Shown piece by piece: positions 21,630-33,809 of a stretch of DNA of 64,000 bases. The notes under the pieces were generated by a model, which was given only the letters and a program-made list of their open reading frames with translations, searched no databases and had not been told where the DNA came from. Where the stretch lies: positions 14,619,575 through 14,683,574 of the forward strand of contig NC_083425.1 in the NCBI RefSeq assembly GCF_020745735.1. Reading direction: 5' to 3'. The translations under genes and the position numbers were made by a program. Origin of the DNA: Hemiscyllium ocellatum (lineage: Eukaryota). Position 1 is the first letter of the stretch. The number at the start of each line of letters is the position of its first letter.

Positions 21630-22652
21630 AGGGCTATTGTGGTGCAGTGGTAGTGCCCCATCTCTGAGCCAGGAGACCTAGGTTCAAGTGCTACCTACTC
21701 CAGAGGTGTGTGATAATAGCAATACCATCCCTGATCAAGTTGATTAGAAAATATATTCTGAGGAATTAGGGCTTTTGCGGTGGTGTGATGGTGTCAGTAT
21801 CTCTGAGCCAGAAGGCCTGGGTCCAAGTCCCACCTGCTGCTTAATGTCTCTGAACAGTTGCAGTAGATGATATTTGTCTTGAGCAATTATGGGTCTTGTG
21901 ATACAGTGGTAGTTGTTTTTTTAATCTCTGAGCCAGAAGGCTTGGTTTGCAACCCTACTTGCTCCAAAGGTGTGTAATAACATACCTGAACAGGTTGATT
22001 GGAAAAATGTTCTGAGGGTTGGAGAGGCAATTTCTGGAGTACTGTGTGCAGTTCTGGTTGCCCTGCTGTAGGAAGGATATTGTAAGATGGGAGAGGGTTC
22101 AGAAGGTTTACCAAGATGTTGTTGGGAATGAAGGGTTTAAGTTATAAAAATAGGCTGGATAGCCAGGGTTTTTTCTCACTGGAGCGTAGGAGGTTGAGAA
22201 TGACGTTATAGAGGTTTATCAATTTATGAGGGGCATGGGGAGGGTATTTTCCTCGGGTGGAGGAGTTCAAACCCTGGGAACACATTTTAAGGTGAGAGGA
22301 GATAGTTTTATAAAAGGCATGAGGAGCAACATTTTTACACAGTGGTTTGTGTCTGGTATGAACTGCCAGAGGAAATGTTGGTGCAGGTACAGAGGCGTTT
22401 GGATAAGTACATGAATAGGAAAGATTTGGAGGGATATGGGCCAAACACTGGTAGATAGGACTAGTTTTGTTTGGGAACATAATCGGCATGGGCTAGTTAG
22501 ATTGAAGTGTTTCTTTCCATACAGTATGTATAAATTAGGGTTCTTGAGGTGCAGTGGTAGTGTCCAAACCTCTGCACCAGGAGTCCCGGTTCAAGTCCCA
22601 CCTAGTTCATATATATGCCATAACATCAGAGCACGTTGAAGTAAACAAAACC
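21630..22652 (+). mobile_element. Stack of four short tRNA-derived SINEs at one target, with a CR1 fragment (22018-22531) inside
   Basis: SINEs start at 21630, 21768, 21889 and 22537 (A-box-like TGGTGCAGTGG, B-box-like GGTTCAAGTCC), separated by copies of CTGAGGAATT. Confidence 0.8.
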
Positions 22653-23067
22653 CTGAGGAATTCTTTCAGTGACATCCTGGTGTTGAGAAGACTGACCTTC
22701 TGCAACTAGTCATGTTTATTTGTGCTCTTTTGTCCCTGATTCCCTTTGACTCTCGTTTTGCTAGGGTTCCTTGATGCCACATTCTTCAAATATGGTCTTG
22801 ATGTCAAGGGCAGTCATTCTCGCCTCACCAATGCTGTCTTGTTACATGTTTGAACTCAAGGCTATAATGAGGTAAGGAGCTAAGTGGCCCTGATAGAACC
22901 CAAGTTGAGTAGATGAATATTGGCTGTGAGTAGATTATTGCTAGGTAAATGCGGCTTGTAGCATTACTGATCACCTTTTCAATGATTGTACTCATGTTTA
23001 AGAGTAGTCTGATGGAGGATGGTGGTAACTGTCAGCATTACATCTGCCATTTTTATCTGTACAGGGA

Positions 23068-23777
23068 TATTATAACACTGCGGTGAACCCCACTTAATTT
23101 AACTAAACACCCAGAAAAGCCCACCTTGCCTCGTAATCTGTCAAAAAATAAGTGATAGAGAATCCCAAGTTCAACTATTTCACAAAAATAATATCAATTT
23201 ATTCTTTAACTCTAAAAGTGAACATTAAACAACAATTCACAACTCTAAGCCCCTCCCCTTTCTCTTAACTGCTTATTATCTGCCACCAACTCTATGACAA
23301 TATACTGTTCAATAAATTGCATCAACTCATTTTCAAAACCATACAGCAGCTGTCATCGTCGGTGTCTGTCTGTCTTCCGGCTGAAGATCTCCCTGGGCTT
23401 TGTCTTTCATTTACTGCGATTATTTTTATGTGAAAAGATACCATTGATACAGAGTGTTTCGATGTCAGTTACTCTATCTGCCTTTCAAACAGCCTGCTTT
23501 TTTAATCCCCCCCAACATTGAATCATCTCATTGGTTCGAGGTTGGAAGTCAATTGATTTTAGTATCCTGAAGCATAATTTAAACTGGTTAAGTTCAAATT
23601 GTTGTCAAAACAGCAACCAACTTAGGTATCCATTTCACAGCCAATTGTTACATATTTTCAATTTTTAGTACACTCTGGGACTGCTAGCTAGTCAAATGAC
23701 AGTGCTTGAAAGCTCTTAGTGCAAAACAGCATTCACACTCTCTTAAAGGTACAGAACACACCTTCAACTTCATAACG
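23068..23777. mobile_element. Solo LTR, ~710 bp
   Basis: Termini TATTATAAC...CATAACG (decayed TGTTAT...ATAACA) with 4-bp TSD GGGA at 23064-23067 and 23778-23781. Interrupts a LINE. Confidence 0.6.
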
Positions 23778-24020
23778 GGGAAAACCTGTTTCCACATTGT
23801 TGACTAGATTCTCTTATTGTAACTATATTTGAAGACTTGGTTAGGTTGCATACCCGTGTTATGAAGTACAAGTCTTGAGTTTAATTGCTACACTGTTGGT
23901 GCAATATTGGTAGAGCCCATGGCTCTTGTAGCATGCAGTGCTTTCTGTTGGTTCCTGATATCACGTGGAGTGAATCGAAGTGGTTGAAGACTGACATTGG
24001 TCATGCTGACACCGCAGGAG

Positions 24021-24948
24021 GGGATTGGTGATGATTCGCCACGGCAGATTTGCCGCCAATGATTAGCCACTGCCAGCGTTTCTCCACTGGGGTCGTTTGA
24101 CCTCTAGAGACTGATTGATTGTTTTCCCTCCCACCTATTCTTTCATTCTTCTCATTCCCCTTTATTTATACAACCACATACTACATATTGATTTAAAAAA
24201 AAGTAAAATAAATATCATTTTGTTGGTTTATATATAAAATTGAGTTACAAACTTTAACCAGAAAAAGGAAATATATTTTAAAAATCTTTATAATGGCAGT
24301 AAAATCTCACATTAATATTAAACAATGAAATTTTAGTTCATTTGATGGTTATGCGCTTTTCCTCTAAGATATTCCAAACAGTCTCTTTCACCGTATTCAA
24401 GAACAATTGTTTGTATTCTGTCATCTGCGTCTCCTATCATTCCTTTTTCGTCGAATTATTTTCTTCATGCTGCTTGTCGTTGGTAAAGATGCTAGGACTG
24501 ACTGAGGGACATCAGCTACACATTCATTAATAAGAGCACTACAAGAACACAATAAGAATGTTCACATAGCCAAAACTTAATACTCGAATCACTCTTGGAC
24601 AGTTTATCAAAAACATATAAAACCATCGTGGTAAAACTTCTTATTTTCACGTTTACTAATAATTGCTGTTTCCATTTTGGAGGTTTGAGGGTAAATGGAA
24701 AACAAAACAAACTTTAAAAAAATTCTCCTGTAACAAAAGTAAGTTGTTACTGAAACAACACAAACACTACCTTAAACAATATAACGACAATTTTATACAG
24801 TTTAGATATGCTTGTTCTCTAACATTTTAAACTTATTTGCGGTGGCGAATTGTCTTCAGTGGCCAATGGGCGGTGGCTAAGCACCCTCGGTAGTCAAAGG
24901 GCAGTGGCTAATCGTCGGCGAATCTGCTGCGGCGAATGTTCCCATCCC
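24021..24948 (-). mobile_element. Mutator-like (MULE, FLYWCH-type) DNA transposon deletion derivative
   Basis: GGGAT...ATCCC ends, imperfect TIRs of ~50 bp (ATTCGCC...GATTAGCCACTGCC), 8-bp TSD (C/G)GCAGGAG, and transposase relics at 24333-24675. Confidence 0.8.
24333..24675 (-). pseudogene. Fragmented FLYWCH-MULE transposase
   Basis: Frameshifted, fused pieces: METAIISKRENKKFYHDGF / YVFDKLSKSDSSIKFWLCEH; SALINECVADVPQSVLASLPTTSSMKKIIRRKR; DADDRIQTIVLEYGERDCLEYLRGKAHNHQMN*. Confidence 0.75.
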
Positions 24949-25124
24949 GGCAGGAGGATGCCAAGGCAGGTTGGCACTTCTGGCTGAAGATCACTGCGAA
25001 TGTTTCAGTATTATCTTCTGTACTAGTACTGAGCCTCCCTGTTAAGGATGGGGATATTTGTGAAGTTGTCTCCTTCTCCTGTGAGTTGTTTAGCTATTCC
25101 TTAGCAACTCTTAGCTCCAGGTCA

Positions 25125-26077
25125 TCCCTGCAGGAGTCCTTCAGGGTAGTGTCCTAAGCCCAACAACCTTCAGCTGCTTCATCAATGTCATAAAGCTCAG
25201 AAATGGTCAGTTTGCTGATGATTGCATAGTGTTAAGCACCATTCACGACTCCTCAGATACTGAAGCAGTCCGTGCTCAAATGCAACAAGATCTGGACAAT
25301 ATCCAGGCTTGGGCTGACAAGTGGCAAGTAACATTCGCTCCATACAAATGCCAGACAATGATCAACACCAATAAGAGACCCTCTAACCACTGCCCCTTGA
25401 CATTCAATGGTATTACCATTGCTGAATCTCCCTCTGTTCACATTTTGGGGTTATCAATGACCAGAAATTCAACTGGACTCACCACATAAACACAGTGGCT
25501 ACAAGAGCAGGTCAGAGACTAAGGATACTCTGGCGAATAACACATCTCTTGACACCCTAATGTCTATCTACCACCTTCAAGGCACAAGTCAGGAGTGTGA
25601 TGGAATACTCCCCACTTGTCTGGATGCGTTCAGCTCCAACAACACTCAGGAAGCTTGACACCATCCAAGACAAAACAACCCGCTTGGTTGGCACCACATT
25701 AACAAACATTCAGTCCCTCCCCCACCAGCACTCAGTAGCAGCAGTGTGTACTATCTACAAGATGCACTGAAGAAAATCACCAAAGATCCTTAGACAGCAC
25801 CTTCCAAACCCAACTAGAGGGACAAGGGCAGCAGGTACATGGGAACACCACCACCTGCAGGTTCCCCTCCAAGCCATTCACCACCTTGACTTGGAAATAT
25901 ACCACCGTTCCTTCACAGTTGTTGGGTCAAAATCCTGGAATTTCCTCCCTACCAGCATTATGGGTCAACCCAAGCAAGTGGACTGCAGCGATTCAAGAAG
26001 GCAGCTCACCACCACCTTCTTGAGGGCAAATAGTGATGGGCTCTCAATGCTGGTCAGCCAGTAAATGAATAAAAAAA
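25125..26077 (+). mobile_element. CR1/L2-group LINE 3' part
   Basis: [39 protein letters not shown]; ends AATGAATAAAAAA. Confidence 0.85.
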
Positions 26078-27530
26078 TGGATATGATAGGACTACAGAGC
26101 TTAAATCTAACCTGGCAGTTTGATAGGATTAATGAATGATTTCAGTGAAGGCACCCTAATGTGGCAGTGATTATAATATGATTGAATTTTACATTTTTTT
26201 AAAGGAGAGGAGAGTGCATTCAAGATTAGTATTTGAAACTTAAATAAGGGTAATTATGAAAGCAAGCTAACTAAAATGAGTTGACAATTTAGATTGAGAT
26301 TGTTCAACTTAGATGCAATGGCATAAGTATATAATTCAAGAAAAAAAAAATTCCTGAGGTGACTGAAAAATTCCCAGTAGCAGACCTGGTTACTTTGAAA
26401 AGTTAAAGATATTATCAAACCATAAAAAAGCATGTAATTGTGCAGACAGGTAGCAGATCAAAAGATTGGACAGAACAGAAAGCAAAGAATGATTGAAGAA
26501 TTAATAAGGAGGGACAAAATTAGAGTAGGGGAGTAATTTAGCTAGAAATATAAAAACAGATGGTAAGAGTTTGAATATATGTTCTAAAAAGTGTAAAGAC
26601 AATGATCATTGATTCTATAGAAAGTGAGCCTGTGGTCGAAATGGAAAATTATGAGATGCCTATTAATTTATCCAGTATTTCACATTGCCCTTCATGATAG
26701 AAGATATGAGTGAGATCCCATAAATAGCTTTAAATTAGGAAATATAAGGGGGAGCAGAGGAAAATTGTAAGCACCAGGGAAGTGATGTTGGACAACTGGC
26801 TGGAGTTGTGGTCTGATAAGGCCCTAAGTCCTGATGAACTTCATCCTAGAATCTGAATGGTTCTGAATGGTTGCTATATTTGGCTGATGTCAGAAATATA
26901 GGTTGAAAAATAAGCTATGTAGACAATATAATGAGGTTACAAAGGGATATTTCTCAGGAAGAATACAGAAGCATATTATCTAAACAGTGAGAGCTTGCAG
27001 AATTCTGAGATATGGAGGGGTATGGATGTCCTGATACTCGAATCACAAAAGGTTAGTATGCAGGGGAGTATGTAAGGGGAGTAATTAGGAAAGCTAATGG
27101 AATGTGATATATTAAAGTCGCCATTGTCCCAAAGGACTATAAGACTGTTGCTCTCGAATGACAGGAACAATTAGTGGTGAGTTTGAGCTGAGGGTCACCA
27201 TGCCTCAGGTGAGAGGCAAGGTTGGGAAGGTGGGGCCTTCATGGTAACCGGTGTTACCAGCACTGTAGCATCACTCTGCATTGCAAACCAGCCATCCAGT
27301 CACCTGTACTAATTGCTCTCCTTGATGGAATGCGATATATCGGTTTGGGGAGTAGACAAAACCTTGGCATATAATGTGGAGAAATCTGAGCTCATGTATT
27401 TTAAGATTCAGAGAGATGTACAGCATGGAAACGGACTCTTCAGTCTAACTCATCCGTGCTGACCAGATATCCTAAATTAATCTAGTCACATTTACCAGCA
27501 TTTAGCCCATATCCCTGTAAATCCTTACTA

Positions 27531-27706
27531 CAGAGGAACTTCGATTATTTGAATGACACGGGCGGGGAGTATTTTGTTTGGATAATGGAATGCCGGACAG
27601 TCAAATGCTGGACAACACAGTTTAGTCAAGCATTGGACCTTGCAATCTTGTTTGGATAATTCGAAATTCGGATGCTCGAATGCCAGATATAATCGAGGTT
27701 CTTCTG
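27531..27706. mobile_element. Tc1/mariner (Tigger-like) MITE
   Basis: TA TSD (27529-30 / 27707-08). TIRs CAGAGGAACTTCGATTAT vs CAGAAGAACCTCGATTAT (16/18). Confidence 0.85.
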
Positions 27707-28120
27707 TATTCATATATCCATCCAGATGCCTCTTAACGTTGTAATTGTACCAACCTCCATCACCACTTCTGGCTGTTCATTCTGTACAAGCATCACCCTT
27801 TGTGTGAAAAAGTTGCCCCTTAGGTCCCTTTTAAATCTTTGCCCTCTCACCTTAAACTTTGGGCTCCCCTACCCTGGCGAAAAGACCTCGACTATTCACC
27901 CTATCCATGCCCCTCATGATTTTATAAACTTCAATGACATCACCCCTCAGCCTCCCATGCTCCAAGGAAAACCACTCCAGTCTATTCAACCTCTCCCTAT
28001 AGCTCAAACCCTCCACCCTCGCAATTTTGTAAATCGTTTCTGAACACTTTCAAGTTTAACAACATCTTTCTGATAGAAGAGAGATGACAATTGAATGTTG
28101 TGTTCAAAAAGTGGCCTAAT

Positions 28121-28455
28121 CAGGGCAACGTGGTGTCTAACTGATTAACACTACTGCCTTGCAGTGCCAAAGATCCGGATTTGATTCCAGCCTCAGGCGA
28201 CTTTCTGCGTGGAGTTTGCACATTCTCCCCGTGTCTGTGTGGGTTTGCTACCACAATGCAGAGACGTGCAAATTAGGTGAATTGGCCATGCTAAATCGCC
28301 CATAGTGTTCAGGGATGTGTGGGTGAGGTACGTTGGTCAGGGGTAAGTGTAGAGTAATTGGGTTGGGGAATGGGTTTGGGTGGGTTACTCTTCAGAGGGT
28401 TGGTGTGGACTTATTGGCTGAAGGGCCTGTTTCCACACTAGGGATTCTGTGATTT
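28121..28455 (+). mobile_element. HE1-type SINE
   Basis: Full head, core and tail, similar to 7409-7742. Confidence 0.85.
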
Positions 28456-29442
28456 CAACAAATGCCCTATGCACCCGCGACATGACCTCCCAACTCCTAT
28501 ACTTGATATACCTGACTAATAAAGGCAAGTGTATCAAATACCACCTTCACTATCCTGTCTACCTACATCTCCATTTTCAAGGAACTATGAACCTGCACTC
28601 CAAGCTTTCTTTGTTAGCAATACTCCTTAGGATCTTACCATTAACTGTATAAGTCCTGCCCTGATTTGTTTTATCAAGATGTAGCAGGTCACATTTATCT
28701 AGATTAAACTCCACCTGCCAGTCCTCAGCCCATTGACCCATCTGATCAAGGTCCCATTGTCGCCTGAGGTACCTTCTTCACTGTCCACTGCATTTGAAGG
28801 AAGTAGAGGAACTAAATGTTGTTTACGTGGTGAAGGACTGCAGAAAGCTACCGCACAGAGGGATTTGGAAGGCTTCATCCATAAATCACAAGAAGTTAAC
28901 ATCTAAGTTCAGCGTGTAACAGGGAAAATAGATGGAATTTTGGACTTTATTTCAAAGGGAATCGAGGATAAAAGTAGGAAGATTTTTCCAAAACTATATA
29001 AGGCACTGGTCAGAGCACAGGATGCCTTTTCCAAGGAAAGATATACTGGCGTTGGAGACAGTCCAGAGAAGTTTCATTGAGGATGATACCCTGGGTATGG
29101 AGGGGTTGTTTGATGAGATCCTGCTCCTCAGCTGCTACCTGAACTGCTGTGCTTTTCCAGCACAACTCTAATGTAGAATCTGGTTTCCAGCATCTGCAGT
29201 AATTGTTTTTACCTACCTGAGATATTGAGAAGGTTGGGCCTGTAATGATTGGAATATAGAAGAGGTAACGTTGTTGAAACATACAAGATTTTTAGGGTGC
29301 TTAATAGTAATTGTGTGGAGGTGGTTTACTTTTGTGGGAGAATCTTGGACTAAGGGGCATAATTTCAGAATAAGGGGTTGCAAGTTAAAAAGATGAGGAA
29401 TTTTCTCTCTGAGTAATGAATCTGAGGAATTCTTTACTACAG

Positions 29443-30005
29443 AGCCTTGAGTACAGCAGTTGGGAGGTCATGTTGCGGCTGTACAGGACATTGGTTAGGC
29501 CACCTTTGGAATATTGTGTGCAATTCTGGTCTCCATCCTGTCAGAAGGATGTTGTGAAACTTGAAAGGGTTCAGAAAAGATTTACAGGGATGTTGCCAGG
29601 GTTGGAGGATTTGAGCTATGGGGAAAGACAGAACAAATGGGCTGTTTTCCCTGGAGAGTCAGAGGCTGAGGGGTGACCTTATAGAGATTTATAAAATCAT
29701 GAGGGGCATGGATAGGGTAAATAAACAAGGTTTTTTCCCTGGCGTCGGGGAGTCCAGAACTAGAGGGCATAGGTTTAGAGTGAGTGGGGAAAAATATAAA
29801 AGAGACCTAAAGGACAACTTTTTCCATGCAGAGGGTGGTGTTTGTATGGAATAAGCTGCCAGAGGAAGTGGTGGAGGCTGATACAATTGCAACACTTAAA
29901 AGGCATCTGGACGGGTACATGAATAGGAAAGGTTTAGAGGGATATAGGCTAAGTGGTCAGCATGGACGAGTTGGACTGAAGGGTCTGTATGTCTCTATGA
30001 CTGTA
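29443..30005 (+). mobile_element. CR1 LINE 3' fragment
   Basis: LYRTLVRPPLEYCVQFWSP and a CR1-type tail. Confidence 0.85.
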
Positions 30006-31036
30006 ATCACTTAAATAAAAATACAACTTTGGCTTAAATAATACTTACTGGCAGAGAGCTTACTCACTCGCACTCTCAACTGACTATTGGGACATTGCAG
30101 AGGTTGCGATAATATAGTAAACTTCTAGTATTTGAGGTACATAGTTTTGCTGGTTCATCGAGGGCGCTGGTTAAAACAAACTTCCTGTATAAGATCCTGA
30201 GGGAGTCTGAGAAGTTTGAGGTTGGGAGGGTGTACCCTCTGTGAGAGAATTGAGCACTAGGGGATGATGTTTCTCTAATTTTTCTTGCTGCTTCATGAAC
30301 ATCCTTGATTGTGCTGCTTGGAGAGAATATTGCTCGGGATCACTGTTTAAAAATTAGGCGAGGTTTGTCCGTTTAAGACAGAGGTGACAAGTTTCCTGAG
30401 AAACTCTCAGAACTTTCTCAAAAGGTGGTAGAAGCAGAAACTTTTAATATTTTTAATGCAGAGGTAGGCAAATTCTTCATAAGAGGGTGAAAGTTCACTG
30501 GGCGTAGGTGGGATTGTGGATTTGAGGTTACAAGCAGGTCAGCTTTGAGCTTATGAAATGGCACAGAGCAGGCTCACGGGGCTTCTGGCGTACACTTGCT
30601 CTTAAATTGTGTGTTTGTGTTTCTTGCACTGGGTGAGGTTTGCAGGATCCTCCCTTAGCAGCTTGCCCATAAAAAACATGAAGAAAGGCTGGTGGGGAGT
30701 TTTTTTTTGTTTAATCAGCATCGGAAAAATTAGTTCAGACTCTAATCAGAAGAGGGCCATTGAAAATGTAAATTACTGTTCAAAGAAAAATTACACTCAG
30801 CAGCTGCTTGGGTTTAATGACATGGCTCCATCTAGTGACAGATGTTTGCCAATGCAGAGAGCAGCTGAAGAGTCAGTGAAGGGAGCATGAGAGCTGGAGC
30901 AAGAGTAATAAAGGAAGAGAAAGTGAGGACTGCTGGAGACCAGAGTTGAAAAGTGTGGTGCTGGAAAAGCGCAGCAGGCCAGGCAGCATCCGAGGAGCAG
31001 GAGAATCGATCTTTCAGGCATAAGCCCTTCTTCCTG

Positions 31037-33800
31037 AACTTGCAGCGTGGGTTTGTACCTGGGATTTCGATGTTGTGGCTATTACGGAGACATGGGTAGA
31101 ACAGGGACAGGATTGGCTGTTGCAGGTTCCAGGGTTTAAATGTTTTAGTAGGGTCAGAGGTGGGGGTAAAAGAGGGGGAGGTGTGGCATTGCTTGTCAGA
31201 GATAGTATTACAGCGGTGAAAAGGACGATGGATGAAGCCTCACCATCTGAGGTAGTTTGGGCTGAGGTTAGAAATAGGAACGGTGAGGTCACCCTGTTAG
31301 GAGTTTTCTACAGACCTACTAATAGTCCTAGAGACGTAGAAGGAAGGATTGCGAGGATGATTCAGGAGAAGAGTGAAAGTAATAGGGTGGTTGTTATGGG
31401 GACTTTAATTTTCTAGATATTGACTGGGAAAGTTATAGCTCGAGTACGTTAGATGGGTCAGTGTTTGTCCAATGTGTGCAGGAGGATTTCCTGACACAAT
31501 ATGTAGACAGGCCAACAAGAGGTTAGGCCATACTGGATTTGGTTCTGGGTAACGAACCAGGCCAGATGTTAGAATTGGAGGTAGGTGAGCACTTTGGGGA
31601 CAGTGACCACAATTCGGTGACTTTTACTCCAGTGATGGAGACGGATAAGTGTGCACTGCAGGACAAGAGTTATAGCTGGGGGCAGAGAAATTATGATGCG
31701 GTGAGGCATGACTTAGGATGTATGGCTTGGAAAAGTAGGCTTCAAGGGAAGGGCGCAATCGATATGTGGACCTTGTTCAAGGGGCAACTATTGAGTGTCC
31801 TTGATAAGTATGTACCTGTCAGGCAGGGAGGAAAGGGTGGTGTGAGGGAGCCGTGGTTTAGTAAGGAATTGGAATCCCTTGTAAAAGGGAAGAGGGTGGC
31901 CTATGTAAAGATGAGGCGTGAAGGTTCAATTGGGACAATTGAGAGTTATAAGGTAGTTAGGAAGGATCTAAAGAGAGAGCTAAGAGCAGCAAGGAGGGGA
32001 CATGAAAAGTCCTTGGTTGGTAGGATTAGGGAAAACCCAAAGGCTTTCTGTAGGTATGTCAGGAATAAAAAGATTGACTACGGTAGGAATAGGTCCAGTC
32101 AAGGATAGTAGTGGGAAGTTGCGTGTGGAGGCTGAAGAGATTGGGGAGACACTGAATGAATACTTTTCGTCAGTATTCACTCAGGAACAGGACATTGTTG
32201 CTGATGTGAATATTGAGTCACAATTAATTAGAATGGATGGCTTTGAGGTATGTAGGGAAGAGGTGTTGGAAATTCTGGAAATGGTGAAAATAGATAAGTC
32301 CCCTGGGCCTGATGGTATTTATCCTAGGATTCTCTGGGAAGTAAGGGAGGAGATTGCAGAGCCATTGGCCTTGATTTTTATGTCCTCGTTGTGTACAGGA
32401 ATAGTGCCAGAAAACTGGAGGATAGCAAATGTGGTTCCCTTGTTCAAGAAGGGGAGTAGGGATAACCCTAGTAACTACAGGCCGGTAAGTCTCACTTCTG
32501 TTGTGGGCAAAGTCTTGGAGAGAATTGTAAGGGATAGGATTTATGAACATCTGGATAGGAATAATTTGATCAAGGATGGTCAGCATGGTTTTGTGAAGGG
32601 CAGGTCATGCCTCACAAACCTTATTGAATTCTTTGAGAAGGTGACTAAGGAGGTGGACGAGGGTAAAGTGGTAGATGTGGTGTATATGGATTTTAGTAAG
32701 GTGTTTGATAAGGTTCCCCATGGCAGGCTACTGCATAAAATACGGAGGTATGGCATTGAGGGTGAGTTGGAGGTTTGAATTAGGAATTGGCTGGCTGGAC
32801 GAAGACAGGGTAGTAGTTGATGGTAAAGGTTCATCTTCGAGTGCAGTTACTAGTGGTGTTCTGCAAGGATCTGTTTTGGGACCATTGCTGTTTGTCATTT
32901 TTTTAAATGACCTGGAGGAGGGGCCAGAGGTTGGGTGAGCAAGTTTGCGGATGATACGAAAGTCGGTGGAGTTGTTGACAGTGAGGAAGGATGTGGCAGG
33001 TTACAGCGAGATATAGGTAAGCTGGGCAGAAAGGTGGCAAATGGAGTTCAAAGTAGGTAAGTGTGAAGTGATTTACTTTGGTAAGAGTAACAAGAAGATG
33101 GGATACTGGGCTAATGGTCGGATACTTGGTAGTGTGGATGAGCAGTGGGATCTTGGTGTCCATGTACACAGATCTCTGAAAGTTGCCACCCAGGTAGATA
33201 GTGCTGTGAGGAAGGCATATGGCCTACTGGCTTTTCTTGGTAGAGGAATTGAGTTCCGTAGTCCTGAGGTTATGTTGCAGTTGTGTAAGACTCTGGTGCG
33301 GCCGCATCTGGCGTATTGTGTGCAGTTTTGGTCGCCATACTATAGGAAGGATGTGGAACGGGTGCAGAGGAGGTTTACCAGGATGTTGCCTGGTATGGTA
33401 GGAAGATCGTATGAGGAAAGGCTGAGGCACTTGGGGCTGTTTTCATTGGAGAAAAGAAAGTTTAGGGGTGACTTGATAGAGGTGTACAAGATGATTCGGG
33501 TTTTAGATAGGGTTGACCATGAGAACCTTTTTCAACGTATGGAGTCAGCTATTACGAGGGGGAATAGCTTTAAATTAAGGGGTGGTAGGTATAGGACAGA
33601 TGTTCGGGGAAGATTTTTTACTCAGCGAGTCGTGAGTTCATGGAATGCCCTGCCAGTAGCAGTGGTGGACTCTCCTTTATGGGCATTTAAACGGGCATTG
33701 GATAGGCATATGGAGGATAGTGGGCTAGTGTAGGTTAGGTGGGCTTGGATCGGTGCAACATCGAGGGCCGAAGGGCCTGTACTGCGCTGTATTTTTCTAT
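31037..33800 (+). mobile_element. CR1 LINE with near-complete but disrupted ORF2 (AP endonuclease + RT)
   Basis: AITETW...GGGVALLV...VFYRP...SDHN (APE); KSPGPDGI...NYRPVSLTS...QHGF...YMDFSK...LQGSVLGP...FADD (RT). Several stops and frameshifts. Confidence 0.95.
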
Positions 33801-33809
33801 GTACTCCTA

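Larger units (their letters stand above)
21310..25110 (-). mobile_element. Old CR1/L2-group LINE broken by multiple insertions (pieces ~21310-21629, 22653-23067, 23778-24020, 24949-25110)
   Basis: The pieces rejoin across TSDs and match the + strand copy at 25.1-26.1 kb and the copies at 47.4-48.7 kb. Confidence 0.7.
27405..28772 (-). mobile_element. CR1 LINE 3' part interrupted by a MITE and an HE1 SINE
   Basis: Colinear with other CR1 copies, and the sequence resumes after each insert. Confidence 0.8.

Noticed and set aside
21630-22652. tRNA gene cluster
   Set aside because: A/B-box-like motifs are present but no cloverleaf or acceptor stem is evident, and each unit has a SINE tail.
31075-33733. 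Active CR1 ORF2
   Set aside because: Several stops and frameshifts split it into at least four ORFs, and the 5' end is missing.
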